A stretch of DNA of 64,000 nucleotides from Phoronis australis (lineage: Eukaryota; Animalia; Phoronida): NCBI GenBank assembly GCA_002633005.1, contig NMRA01000129.1, forward strand, positions 90,133 to 154,132, in the 5' to 3' direction. Position numbers and translations under genes: made by a program. Under the pieces are notes generated by a model, which was not told the origin of the DNA, did no database searches, and worked only from the letters and a program-made list of their open reading frames with translations. Of the stretch, positions 50,501 to 62,167 are shown piece by piece. Positions within the stretch are counted from its first letter, which is position 1. Every line of letters begins with the position of its first letter.

Positions 50501-52225
50501 AGCATGTTGAATTATCTTGTACGAATACTTGTTCGTGGTTTTTGCTCTTACTTTGACTTTCGCTTTGTCAACTGTAGGCACTCGTCTTCAATAAACTAGT
50601 GATCTGTCCGCATGACATTATCAAAATGGAAGTTGTGTCATCGTAACATTCACTTTTTATTAAATAATTGTATATTTTGTCAAAAACCTAGTTTGTTCTG
50701 GTCTGGACATCTGACTCATTTTGAAACCTGTGCATCACTAAAAACGCTTTCCATTTTAAAAAGGGAATTTCCATTCATTCCCTTTTTGTGCCTGAAAATG
50801 CAGATTTTTGGTGTGCCTAGATTTCCATCATTTTGGCTTAAAATTTAATACTTTTCATTTCATTTAAGCCCCTTGCGTCTGGCGCAGAAATTTCTGCGAT
50901 AGAATTCTGTGCAGAAATTTCTCGTGCTGGAATTGTGTGCAGAAATTTCTGCACCTCCAGCACAGAAGTCTAGCGCAGAAATTTCTGCGCAGGATGCAGA
51001 GGGCTGACATAAAATGAAAAGTATTAAATTTTTAGCCAAAATGATGTAAATCTAGACACACAAAAAATCTGCACAAAAAGGGAATGAATGGAAATTCCCG
51101 TTTAACAGTGGAAAGTGTTTCAATAAAATAACTGCCTGCCCACATCAATTTTTGCCAAGGTCTCGGACTTTTTTCCATATGCCACACAGACGCTTGCAAA
51201 CTAGGTTTCAAACACCGTAAATCACACGCTTCCTCGCACATTGCAGCATGGTTTCTAAACCAATATCCCTGTCACTTGCACATTACAGGAGAACATCTTA
51301 ACGAGTGTCCCAGCTGATACATTAGCCATCGATGCCTCAGATGTGCTGACGTCCAGTAAACCCATCAACAAAGCAGTCAAGTAAGTGCAGGATGCCACAT
51401 CAGTCTAATGGTTTTGATCCTTCGTCCAATAAGTTTAAATTCAACCGAAATGTAGTTCGTGGCGGAAGACACCATTATAGTTGGGATTTTTGTGGTGACA
51501 TAATGTCAACCGATTGTTTGGCTCCAATGACACATACTGCCCTCTAGTGGATGACAAAAGACCATCTTGTTTATGTTATTTCCATGTACACTATAAAGTT
51601 TGTTGCAGAAGTACCTCCATCTTTTGGTAGAGGTCAGTAGCGAATTGTCAGTTCAACTTGACCGTCACCATTGTTTTATGACAGTCTCCCTTTGTATATG
51701 ACAACTTCAACATTTTTTCAATACTATTTTGCATATTTTTTAAATAAAGAAACACCTGTACACTTACTGTAGGTTTTTCGTTGGTCCATTTTTTTATTTT
51801 GTTTACTGCTTGTTCTGGTATATGCAAATGACAATTATCCAAACATTTATGGATTTGCCTGTTGTGCGTGCTGTGTGTTGTCTGCGTTTAATTGACAGCT
51901 TTTGCAGTGCAGATGATGATTTACCTTGGATTGCCATCTTTGATTGAAGCCACCAATTATTACACTTTTTGTAACTGTTGGAAATGTACTGCTTTTGACA
52001 AATGCCGAGTCTATATTTTTGGCGTTTCACTTCAGCCGTTTTGGGAAGCGTGTGAGCCGCGTGTTCTCGTTCAACCGTACGCCGAGGAAGCTGAAGCGAG
52101 CCATGTCCAGCGTGTCCATGTTCATGAGCCCGTCACGTGACTCCAGTTCTCAGGCGCATGCTCTCTCTATGACGCCGAGTGCTGAGCTTGGACTGCGTCT
52201 GGCCAGTAGTACGCTCAATTTAGCT
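29589..52225 (+). CDS. ECT2: Protein ECT2 / Pebble (BRCT x3, DH RhoGEF, PH); exons 29589-29625, 30625-30701, 31430-31609, 32166-32255, 33335-33442, 35696-35797, 36655-36754, 37465-37580, 37825-37890, 38555-38774, 39202-39323, 39693-39881, 40427-40537, 42781-42877, 43624-43705, 45882-45960, 46467-46586, 47408-47551, 50266-50423, 51289-51380, 52036-52225; 3' end continues
   Basis: Diagnostic peptides: RIIGPTVII, RPLYCQAM..LCFTGF, LVHHMGGSIRKDFSTRVTHLVAN, AVSLGTPIMSEEWI, WFWGSVQMEACADEGMY, NLS RKRKR, ELLQTETNYVGIL, YPPFINFFE, PECGRQPLVELIIRPVQRLPSV, HINEDKRKT, LLSSHR, RVSRVFSFNRTPRKLKRA. Junctions are phase-compatible except exon 47408-47551, which contains an N. Confidence 0.95.
29967..30038 (-). 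mobile_element. tRNA-like SINE head remnant in ECT2 intron 1
   Basis: - strand TAGCTGAATCAATGG...GGTTCGATTCCCG (A-box- and B-box-like); cloverleaf imperfect. Confidence 0.45.
30352..30453. mobile_element. Tiny MITE AAGTAGGCGC...GCGCCTACTT; partial copy at about 19804-19871
   Basis: 10-bp TIR; internal CGTATC.CCTTGAGCACTGAA..CGCTACGTTCAA..AAAGGT.GTT.GCTGCGCCTAC is shared. Confidence 0.6.
32398..32906. mobile_element. Non-autonomous TIR element (hAT-like CAGGG ends), 13-bp TIR CAGGGCTTGGAAT, 6-bp TSD AAGTTT
   Basis: aagttt|CAGGGCTTGGAAT ... ATTCCAAGCCCTG|aagttt read directly. Confidence 0.8.
34001..34389. other. Assembly gap (N run)
   Basis: Run of N. Confidence 1.
34567..34648 (+). mobile_element. 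Probable non-LTR retrotransposon 3' end: stem-loop followed by (AAAT)n tail
   Basis: TGAGGG-CCCTCTT-GGAAAG-CAGTG-CTGT-CACTG-AAGAGG-CCA-CCCTCA then AATAAATAAATAAATAAA, after a T-rich UTR-like tract next to a gap. Confidence 0.5.
35958..36136. mobile_element. MITE with 14-bp TIR AATTGACCTATCGC
   Basis: AATTGACCTATCGC ... GCGATAGGTCAATT. Confidence 0.7.
36767..36841 (+). repeat. (GGTT)n microsatellite
   Basis: Tetranucleotide array with GCTT variants just after an ECT2 exon. Confidence 0.95.
38156..38345 (+). repeat. Dispersed repeat, also at about 54103-54297; begins like the CAGGGCTTGGAAT TIR family
   Basis: GG(C/T)TTGGAATTTTC..CTTTTAAGAG..ATTTC..TTTCCTCTTATTTGATT..CAACACAAAA..TTTATTTGTGGAAC present in both copies. 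Confidence 0.7.
40979..42296 (-). mobile_element. Defective Kolobok-like DNA transposon with THAP-domain transposase 5' fragment, in ECT2 intron
   Basis: Termini AGGCGA...TCGCCT flanked by ATAA (40975-40978) and TTAA (42297-42300); ~300-bp inverted arms. THAP ORF 41662-42030 (MPRCCCVPGC..FP..W..SKHF..RLKKGTIPSL) is followed by frameshifted KFI..LF.RCQVC...WECVAGHLGKWDS. TTAA TSD, RR..YY ends and THAP together match Kolobok. Confidence 0.75.
41662..42030 (-). pseudogene. THAP zinc-finger transposase fragment (frameshifted downstream, no catalytic domain)
   Basis: C-x4-C, conserved P/W, (C>P)SKHF and an AVPT-like TIPSL box; the frame is broken at about 41665 and 41420. Confidence 0.75.
43759..43922 (-). 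mobile_element. Solo terminal fragment of the same Kolobok-like family
   Basis: Closely similar to 42137-42300 and also ends TCGCCT|TTAA. Confidence 0.75.
43938..44077 (+). mobile_element. tRNA-derived repeat head (SINE-like), copy 2
   Basis: A-box TGGCCTAGTG and B-box GGTTCGAGTCC, followed by CTAGACTCTTGAGTC..CTCCTCAGCTC shared with 27126-27268. Confidence 0.7.
44330..44550 (-). pseudogene. Degenerate TTF-type zinc finger (ZNF862/hAT-transposase-like) fragment
   Basis: - strand frame reads EFIPKWKEDFDWLPYDID*KMCCVPCEKY...FGSDEFRVESLKCHKQSTGH: F..W...F.WL.Y, CxxC and H..S..H pattern with an in-frame stop. Confidence 0.6.
48584..48921. mobile_element. TTAA-flanked MITE (Kolobok-type ends AGGGACA..TGTCCCT) with internal tRNA-like segment; related truncated copy at 53881-54075
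   Basis: ttaa|AGGGACA...TGTCCCT|ttaa; - strand TGGCTCGGTGGTATAGCG...GGGTTTGATT inside. Confidence 0.65.
50742..51120. repeat. Nested foldback: ~125-bp inverted arms around a 139-bp AGCCC..GGGCT core with palindromic GCAGAAATTTCTGC units
   Basis: GGGAATTTCCATTCATTCCCTTTTTGTGC and its reverse complement appear on either side; the core 50867-51005 holds four AGAAATTTCT palindromes. Confidence 0.8.
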
Positions 52226-53345
52226 GTAAGTGATTATCTCTGGGGGTGCGGCACAAGTTGATTGCGACTGACCACATAGGACCAATGGCTTATTTCGGTC
52301 CACTTTTATCTAAAACGCCAAATGTGCGTCTCTGTCCAACAAATACAGGGAGATCAAAAGTGTCTCTAATCTAGATTTTATCGTAGGTGCCATTTTTTTT
52401 AGTAAATTAAGGTCATGTAGGTCCCCAGAAAATATCCAAAATTTGGCTAACTTCGGAACATCTCAGAAATTGTTGATCGTATTGACATGAGAAACTTTTG
52501 GGTAATATGTAGTGCGCACTGTTCTCTAAAATGCAGTTAGGATTTGTTTTTAATCACCCTCATTTGCAAGATGGGCTATCAAAAATAATAGTTTTACGAC
52601 TTATATGAAAAAACAAAAAATGCACAAAAACGAGATGATAATTTATGAAACTAACAGCATTTAGGTACTTCATCTTAAACATCTGTTTAAAAACAAAATT
52701 TGGGTGATTTTATACTAAATCAAATTTACCTGTTTAATGTGAAAGAAAATGATGACTGATACGCAATTACCTTAAATGCGAAACCATCCAATAATATGTT
52801 ATTGATGCCATTGTCAAAAATCAATTTTCATTCATTTTGTAATTGACGAAAATATATCCTTTTACAGAATCAAGTTTTTAGTTTTGTATGTGTTTGGCTA
52901 AATACATAGACTTTTCCATAACGTCTTACATAACCTTGAGGTGTGCTATGCTTTGCACAGGGTTTGGGCAAACTTTCACTTCCATGATGCCTATTCGCAA
53001 AATTAGAAAATATCTAAACTTATAGCAATCGTATCAACGAGGGCAGTTTCCTGTGGAAGAAGTGTACCATAACAAAATTGTAGGTTTTGTGAACAGGCCA
53101 ATGAGCTCAAAGTTGTAATAATATACTACTTACCTTTTGCCTTGTTGAACTCTGCATCAGCCTTACAGGCTCAATGAAATCTTGACTTCTTTCAAGTATT
53201 CATACAAGTTTTATTGTATGAAGGTCCGCCCGTTTCAGATGTTATGTGCAAAATGGTGTGTGTGGTCTTAATTAGGAATGTGGCGTATCTGTGGTATATT
53301 GCTCCAAAACCACCTTCTGCTAATTTTTAGTACCATACTATACAG

Positions 53346-56300
53346 CCAGGTGGCAGTACAAGTCACCAGTCTTACGTGGCCAGTCACAATTGGTTTGTGC
53401 AGCGACTCTGCCATCTCTGCATGTGTGGGCAAGTCAGTCGTTCCCTTGTTCTTCCGTGTTTCATTTCTATGCATTCTGTTGGTTAGCGTTGTGCTGAGCT
53501 TAAACTGTTTGTTGTGAGATTTGTATATTGCTAGCCGTCCACCAGTTGCCCATTTTATCAAAGGTAGAAAGTCCAGTCGTAGCCAAGACAATCGCAAGCA
53601 TGTTACTGCAAAGTCGACGCTGAATTACTTGCAGCTGGCATTTTTTAATGCAATCGTTTACCCAGAAATATAGAATTGAATAACTAACTAAACTTAACTT
53701 TATTTTTACATTGATGTTGATTTATTGCAATTTCATTACAATATTTTCTTTAAACATTACATTTAACGAGACAATATCCTACATTGTTAGTGTTGTTATT
53801 GTTACGTACGGAAATTCAGAAGTGCTTACAAAAATATCGAAACTGGTATGGAGAAAATGGGTAATGTTTCAGTTACTTAAAGGGTCATTATCGGCAAGAC
53901 TAGTGATTTTCTGAGATTGGTCCCGGCTCGGAATCAAACCTGGAACTCCGCTGTTGCGGCCTAACGCTATGCTGTATGAGCTAAATTCCACTCGGTATAT
54001 AATACTGTATTTTAAGTGTATTTAACTAGTAAAGTCACCAGCTTTGGATTGACAGCAGTTGGAATTGGCGCTTTGAGGCTAAAAACTAAATGTGTATTCC
54101 ATAGGGTTTGGAATTTTCAACTTTTAAGAGGATTTCCTCTTTATTGGTTTCGATTTCCTCTTATTTGATTTCCAGTTTCCTCTTCCTTTGTCTCTTTTTT
54201 ATCATTATTTCAACTTTATACATGCAAAAACATTTTTCAGTTAAAGTTTGCAACACAAAACATTTCTATCACACAAGCCTATTTATTTGTGGAACGATGC
54301 ATCACCTGGAAAATTTTCCTCATTTTTTGCCGTTGGTCATTTGGAGTCCTGATTCCATCCAACAGTAAACCCAAAACTGCTTTTTCAGATGTGAAACTGA
54401 CAACGTCCGTTCAACGAAATGCTCACATACCTTCCACTGCATTAAGCGTCACGTTCATAATTTTTCATATTCAAACTTAATGACCATCTTCACAAGCCTC
54501 TCTAATGAACTGTGAACCAATTAAGATCCAAGTTACCACTGTCTTAGCTAAGACCGCGCTTCGACCTTTGGTAAAGGTACTGAGCTCCGAGTCTTGCATC
54601 ATCTTGATGAGGCGGAGAAGTTTGGCTGGTTTTGACCTGCCCTGGCGTCGCTCTGGCAACATTGCAGACGGAACACTGATTCCACTTATTTCATGTAATT
54701 GAACTTTTCGCTTTGTTTTAAAAAATCTTGTCATTACGGTAATACCTCACAGATGTCGGGCAGTCAAAAAATATCTATTTTTGCCGTTTTTAAGCTTGTC
54801 CGTAGTATTAATGTGTCCGCATCTTGCTTGGTTATTTTCGGCTGAATTTTTAAAAGTTAAAAAATTCATGTGTTGAAAACTAGGTTTACCATTTTTGAAA
54901 AAAATGAAACCAGAACCAGCTATTCTTGTTCGGCCTTTCTATGACTGTTCAGAGTGAACCTACAGTAGACAACTTTGTTTCTTTTTAGCGACAACGATTC
55001 TATAGAAATTAAAATTCCCTTTAGTTTCAGGATTATGTGCTGTTAATGCTTGATACTTTGTATATAGTGTTTTAAGTTTTGGATGACTAAAACGTCACTT
55101 AAGGTAATTGTCAACATAAAGTCCTTACACGATACATCGAAGGTGTTTTGACTTCCCATTTTCAATTATTTAAATGCTCAATAACTGAAAAATTTCAATT
55201 CATTCCTTAAAACATCAGACAATTGTTTATTTTTGACTGCCATTTTCTTTTGAAGTTGACTTTTTATTTTGAACATGGATTTCTTAAAAAGGTGACGACC
55301 TTGTGTTTGAAGTGTACGTTCTTGCTTGTGATTGGCGATGAACTGTGTATGGTCTCTGATTTTTGATTACCTACAAACAGAATAACACCTATTTAAGTCG
55401 TTTTTTTTTTTCAACTTCATTCCCAATTTTCATTTTTGAAGGCTCACATCTCTGTAGATTTTTTTCACATATGTTGACAATTACCTTAAGTGAACTGTCC
55501 TTTTGCTAGGACTAGACATATTTCCGTTTCCATTTCCATAGCAGTACTGTTCACTCGGTGGCATTCCATTGTAGACAAAGGGTCCCAAAGGATCGTTGTC
55601 TAAGCTGAGTGGGTATTTCAAAAAGAGATCCCAATCTCACTCTGTGTCATGCTTACACAAAAACTCCGACGTAAGTTGGCATGTTGCCCCATGCTCAACA
55701 CTTTAGGCTCCAAATGCATGTCACTCTTACGCTGCATAGTACTAACTATGACTAGTTCACTTGCCGTAGTTAATCGAGATTTTCATTTTTTTTTATTGAA
55801 AATTCATAATTTGAATGAAAATTGTGAGAATATTCGAGGATGAAATATGAAGAGACTGCTTCAACTAAAGTGTGGTTGTTAACTCTGATTTGTTGTACTC
55901 GTTGATGTCCTAGAAACAAATGCGGAGGTTTACAGTCGCTGAAAACAGTGAAGTAAATATAATTATGTTTGTGTGTGTGTGTGTGGGCTCACGTGTGGAG
56001 AATTTGCTGCTAACACTTTTATAGTCAAGCTTATTGCATGGACCTGGTCTGGGTGGTCAGTGCTTCAGTTATTGTAATATAAAATTGGCATTGCGCACGT
56101 TCTCCTTTGCTATCCCTCCATCTACCCCCCGACCCACCCTACCTGCCCGACGTTTGCGTACAGTTAACGTAAATCCTGCTCTTTGGGGGTAGTTAGAAAT
56201 AGTGTGTATTGATAGGTCGACGGCACTGCCCAACTGTTGTTCTAAAGGATCGTCTCTAAAATCTGTGAGACATTTTTTTTTCTTCAGTACACCGAAGCAG

Positions 56301-59300
56301 GTCTCACTAGCTTTACTCCCAAATTCTGTCTGGCCATATCGTAAATTTCTTCCCAAGTTACAATATTGCTCTTATATACCTATTGGCTAACAAAAAAACA
56401 ATTTTATCCAATCATATCCTTAGCTGATATTGTGCTTTTGGAAACCCGAGTTCTTCAACTTGATCAGTGGTCGTGAAACTAAAGAAATAGCGTCAACACA
56501 CTTCTCAGAACTTTGTGACTGCAAGACATTAGTTTGCACTTGTGAAAAAAATCTCTTATGAAATGGGAACAGTGAATTTAATCCCCCAATGCAACACTAA
56601 CCTCGCCGACCAATCAGTTTAATGGTCGCTGACTTCCTAGGAAGGGCTAGTATGTTATAAGTTGTAGAAAATGAAAACGAAATTATAATTTAGAAAACAA
56701 CATTTTTGAGATCTCGTCTTAAAAGTTTAATATCAAATAAAATTTAGTCATGTTATTGATATTGTTTTACTATCAGTGTGCCTTTCTTTTTTCACAATTT
56801 TACTATTTATCGTAATCTATTTTGCCCGGGGTACGCCACGAGCTATGTTGCAGAGTAAAACAAGAGGAGGATTGCGAATATTGTCATTTATTATGACGTA
56901 ATAGATAAAACTAACTAAGACTCTGCAAGATGGGCATGCAAAAAACGCCCACAGGCGTGTACAATGAATAGCCCTGCAAGAGGGAACAAAACAAAAAAAA
57001 CTGCCTGAAGGGCTTAAAGGAAAAGTATAGAACATGAAAACAAAACTTGAAAAAAAAAACCTAACAGGAAATGTATACGAGGAAAGAGAAAGTGGAACCG
57101 ACACCCGGGATGGGGGGTGGGGAAAAAATGAAGAGAACGAACGTAGGTCTTGTAGATGACGAGGTAGGTGGCTGAATGAGAGACCACGTTGAACAGAACA
57201 AAGGATATATGGGCGTCCAATCAGGAGTTGCGTAGAGAAACGTATGAATACAAAAGTAGGCCCTAGAGGCTATAAATAGAGATGAGTAATGCAAAATAAA
57301 CCCTAAGGACTGGTCTCAAAATAAAGAGACAAGTGTCAAAATAATGACGATAAATGCATTTAACAAGTTAAATTTAATTTATCGTAATCTATTTTGCCCG
57401 GGGTACGCCACGAGCTATGTTGCAGAGTAAAACAAGAGGAGGATTGCGAATATTGTCATTTATTATGACGTAATAGATAAAACTAACTAAGACTCTGCAA
57501 GATGGGCATGCAAAAAACGCCATAATGGCAGCACGGAATGCTGACATCGCCCATATAATGACGTGGTCCACTTAATGACAGATTAGTGAAAAGTCAGGCT
57601 TTCTATTGTCAAAGCTAAAATTTATTGTTTTGTAATTCTTTTGGCCAATAGGGTCCTACACAACCTTAAAAAAGGTTTTGTCTTTACCGTCTTAGTTGCA
57701 TAAGGACGTAGACGTCATTGCCCTTTTCTTTAAAATTGCTAATTTATTTAAATTCAAAGCTAGAGAATAATTATGTAACAATTGGTTGTGTCAAAACCCC
57801 AGCATATGCGGGCAATGTCATTTCAAGGGTACTAAAGTTTCATGCAATTTGCTCCCTGCTTCATTATAATGAATTACCATACTATAAACCTTAATTAATG
57901 TAACATAAGTCTTCAACCTTTTCACTTGTGTAGGCTTAGTTGATGTATCCATTGATCAAATTAACAGTTTTGATTAAAAATTGATTTTTATTAAATGACT
58001 CTCCAGGAATCTGGTTATGCCAGTGTATTGTGTTAACAAACTATTACTGCATGTGGCTGTGGACTCTCAGTCTTGCGAGAACACTGACAACCATTAAAAT
58101 GCCCCCTTTGTCTGGCACCAATAGTTGTAGGTTGTAACTTTAAATTTCGCTCTCACCAGAATGGAACGGTGAAAAGTTATTAGGTTCCCAGCAACACGGG
58201 TATCAAGTGTATGTATAGGCTGACCGTATTTGAGGGTACAGAATACAGATGGTCGAGATTTTTTGCTAGTGCTATATAAGAAGACAGTCCACCCTATTTT
58301 AAATAACATTTAATAGAACTTCAGTAAAGTCTTCACTTTGAGATGAAATAATTGCTGAAATTCACATTTTTTTTCTAAAGGCCGCTTAAAGGGGGAGTAA
58401 AATTTGCCCCGTGTTGAAAATTTTGATAAAATGAAATCCATGTGGTCTTATTTTACATCAAGAAACTTGGTGGTAATGCAGCATGTAATGCAAATGACTC
58501 GTTTAAAGTCAGCTCCATTGCACTAGTCCATGTCATATGTCTAACCATGGACTATATAGAAATAGCTACCTATGGCCTAACAGTTTGGGGTAGTGGGATT
58601 TGACCCCATGGTGTACCACTTCCACTAGACCGCTCTACCTGCACACTGAATGATCTCTTTAGATTTATGAACTTTGAAAAACACATCATTTTCTATCTTG
58701 AGAGTGTTCTAATCTAGAATGGCTGCCTGTTTTGGTTGTGATGTCCTGTTCTTCATGACCACGGGACCTTATTTTAATCCATTAGAACATGCCTTCAGTA
58801 TAAACATATTTTAACACAGGAGTACTGCGTACGCCATTGCACATTTTCATAGGTGGGTCGGAAGTCTTGCGAGAATTGCAATCTCACCACTATGTGATGC
58901 GCTTGTCAATTACTGTGATTGGCTGCTGCTTGACCTTCGATCTGGGTCATGACAGCAGGTAATCGCACGCGTTGCGTAGGGGCGAGATTGTGAACCTCGC
59001 CATACTTTTGCACATCTATGAAAACATGTAATGGCATACGCAATACTCCTTCTGTCACTTCTGGTGTATTCTAGAGGTATATTCCAACAGATCGAAATAA
59101 GCTTTGTGATCGTGACATGACCAGTCCCTTTTTTGTCTTTGTGGTTGAGTGTCTGCTGCTTGAACGGTCTCAGTAATGTGTGCTTGCTGCTTCACTCCTT
59201 CCTGTCTGCATAACTAGTGCCTGGCTTGTAGTGCTTATTTCTTTACTCTAGTGCTCTGATATAGTCTCAGTGTGTCTTATCATATTCTTTCAGATTAATG

Positions 59301-62167
59301 CCTATTGTATTTCTTAAATTGAGAAACTCCAATGTCAGGGAGACGGAGCAATGTAGACTAGCACAGAACTTAGGCATTTAAGAGTGAAATTGTTGAAAAT
59401 TCAGGGGTGGGCATGGAGCTGACTGGATATGGTAAAAGCGATAGCTGTTGAATCTATTGTACAGTAGTTTTCAAAATAAACTGAGCGCGGATGCACGAAA
59501 CCACCACTAAATTTCATTTCTCATCAACAGAAACATGTTTCAGTTTTGGCAAGTACTCGTCAAAAGCCTTGCCCATTTGAGTTAGCTAGTCCTTTTATAA
59601 ATAAACAAGTTGTGGCTAGGCACAGTAATGTCACATTAAACTCTGAAATCCCGTTTTATTGACAAATGTTGGACCAGAAATTGCCAAAAAATGTTGGAAG
59701 AATTTCATCGAAGTTTGACTGAGTCTGACAGAATGCTGTTGACTTATGTCCAGTTTTATTTTGAGAACTACTGTAGTATCCCAAAAGTCTTGGTTTATTT
59801 CCAATTTCATATCTTTGAGTTGTCAAAACTTCTCTACAAGTTCACTTGGACTGCCTGCTTCATTGTAATGAATTACCATACTACTCCATGGGCGGGACTC
59901 AAACAATAAGAATACATGATCTTAACATGGGGAAACTTTTTGGCCAGATCATCTGTCTGCAGTGCCATGTCCTAGTCAGTTTTGTCGCATTGTATAAGTA
60001 GTGAACACTTATTTCTGTTTGTGATTATGTGCCCAGGTATTTATATGTGGGTGCATATTGACGTCATCTTTGTCTGCCAGGTGGTCCGGAGGTGTATCTC
60101 CTAAACCCTTCACAGGATCTTGATGAGATTTGGCAGATGTGTTCCTATGAAGGTGACGACGAATTTCGGACAGATCCGACTACTGGTGTGCCCCTACTGG
60201 CAATTTTAGTTTTTTACATAATATAAAATTTGGCAGATAGGTATCTATTAGTGAGGTGACGCTTTGCTCTCTTGTTCAGATGGATTTGAGGTATTTTGTG
60301 CCACCTAGTGGCCGTTTTTACAGTTTTCGAGTCTGTTTTTTGGCACGCGCCCTTCTGTCAACCAAACCACTCTAAGGATGATTTTAAAAATTGACACATG
60401 TTTTTATTGTGAAGAAGACGCTGACGGTGTTTTTCCGACAACTTCGACTACTGTGTCGCATCCTAGTGGCAGTTTTGTTTTGTTTTTTGCGCCTATAGCT
60501 GCATCTCCTAAATCCACTTTAGGATCGTTATTAAATTTCCCAAGTGTATATATGAAGTTGACAACGAACGGCGACTTTCAGATGGATCCGACGAACACTG
60601 CCCGTTAGTGGCAATTTCCCTTTTTCCATTTTCCTCTTTCTCTGAAGTTGCTTGACAGATTTTCATGAAATTTAATAAATTTCTTGATGGCATATTCCTG
60701 TTTTCGGATGGATTCAACATATTTTGCGCCATCTAATGGCCATTTTTAGGTTGGAAAAAACACCCCTGGATGCACACTTTGTGTGGTGCATTTGTGGGCA
60801 CATTTCAATGCTCTGCATTGCTCTTGTTCATATGTAAACACTGATTGTTCTCCACTAAATCAAGTCTAGTGACTTGATGTGCTCTGTAGCAATATCCTCA
60901 TCCCAAAATCAAGAGGTGCTCGTGGCTTGAATAGCCACATTTTTTCCATTTTTTCCATATTCTTAACCTTGCCACAATAGTTACCTGTTTACAGGCATTC
61001 ATCCAGCGTACCTACTAATCTGGACGCCCTGGTAAGGATGCCCAATGTGTCATTTGGAGCCCAGTGTCAATCAGAATTTCATCAGTTTGGACAGCCACAT
61101 TGTAAGATCACAAGGACTACCAGTTAATGAAAGTTACATAATAGTTCAAGAGAGAAGTGTTGGCCCTTTCAAATCAGAAAGAAATATACAATTTATATAA
61201 AATGTTACGCAATGTTCTAACTAAATTGAGATGACATGTCAATCATTATTAGTGTCTTCCACTGCAGTCTCTGCTTTCTGAGGTCTGTCTCAAATAAAAA
61301 TTCAGTACTTCCGATAATATAGGGCATGGACCTTGGTTAACTCCAAACTGGTTTTTCAGAGCTGTAGTTTCATGTTTTACATCTTTTTTTAAAAACACCA
61401 AAACCAAAATAAATGTCATTAGTTGTGCAACAAGAATACACGTATTTATGTCTTTTGAGTTTGTGCCCGTTCCATGCTTTTCAATGTGTGTTTTGATGTT
61501 TTAATATGGAGAAGCAGGGACACCTGCAATTTGACTGAGATCACCAAAAACAGCGCACTCCACTCATAATTCAACCAATTTATCTGTAATATTTGGTAAG
61601 CTACTGGGCTGTTTTTGTAAATTAAGACGAAGAAGTTTTGGTCCACACACTGTTTTTAGTAAAAAAGTTACTACAGAGGAACTGTTTTTCTAAACTTAGA
61701 TGTAAAAGCCTTGGTATACACATTGTTTTGTAAAAACCTCACTGTGGTGTATTGGGGTATTACTGGTGAATGGTGGTGAGGGGTGGGGGTAACGCGCCGT
61801 TGGAATCATGGATGCCCTGGAATATTGGGAACCCCATTTTAGACACCCTATTTTCGAAATCCTGGATAAAGCCCTGCCTGTTATACTTTTATTTCAACTT
61901 GATTTCCCATTTCAAAGCCAGCACCTTGTTGTATTGCTGTGAGTCGCTATTCAGGCCCAGGACGTTTTCACAGTTGGACAAGAATTTGTCTCATCTCAAC
62001 TTTTAGAAAAAAGATCGTGCTCTTGCTTTTGACTTCAGTTTTGGGCAGTATTTATCCTCATTCTGCACTGATTATGCACAAATATAATTACTAAGCTGCA
62101 AATGATAGAAAATGTACCAAATATTGCTTCATCGCTCCTACAGGTACGCAGTATGAGCCAAGCTTAA
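53346..62167 (+). CDS. ECT2: Tentative ECT2 C-terminal exons: 53346-53432, 53535-53563, 60995-61031, 62144-62167
   Basis: AG/GT-bounded segments that continue the frame from 52225 (phases 0,0,2,0): PGGSTSHQSY...CGQ / PSTSCPFYQR / HSSSVPTNLDAL / VRSMSQA*. No recognisable conservation and some weak donors. Confidence 0.35.
55103..55485. mobile_element. TTAA-flanked MITE with 16-bp TIR GGTAATTGTCAACATA (Kolobok-type GG..CC ends)
   Basis: ttaa|GGTAATTGTCAACATA ... TATGTTGACAATTACC|ttaa. Confidence 0.8.
56805..57521. repeat. Two identical 145-bp direct repeats (56805-56949, 57377-57521) enclosing a 427-bp purine-rich interior
   Basis: ATTTATCGTAATCTATTTTGCCCGGGG...GCAAAAAACGCC occurs twice with no visible mismatch. 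Confidence 0.85.
58818..59050. mobile_element. Palindromic MITE (imperfect full-length hairpin)
   Basis: AGGAGTACTGCGTACGCCATTGCACATTTTCATAG ... CTATGAAAACATGTAATGGCATACGCAATACTCCT. Confidence 0.7.
60025..60828 (+). mobile_element. Non-autonomous Helentron/HINE-like element; related decayed units at about 63200-63630
   Basis: 5' TTATGTGCCC, subterminal inverted GGGCACAT (60796-60803), 3' hairpin CAATGC-TCT-GCATTG then CTCTTGTT; internal diverged tandem units with CC(T/C)AGTGGC motifs. Confidence 0.6.

Noticed and set aside
60025-60828. Regularly recurring short motifs suggestive of a CRISPR-like array
   Set aside because: The units are degenerate with homologous rather than unique spacers and are enclosed by Helentron/HINE-type ends in an animal intron.
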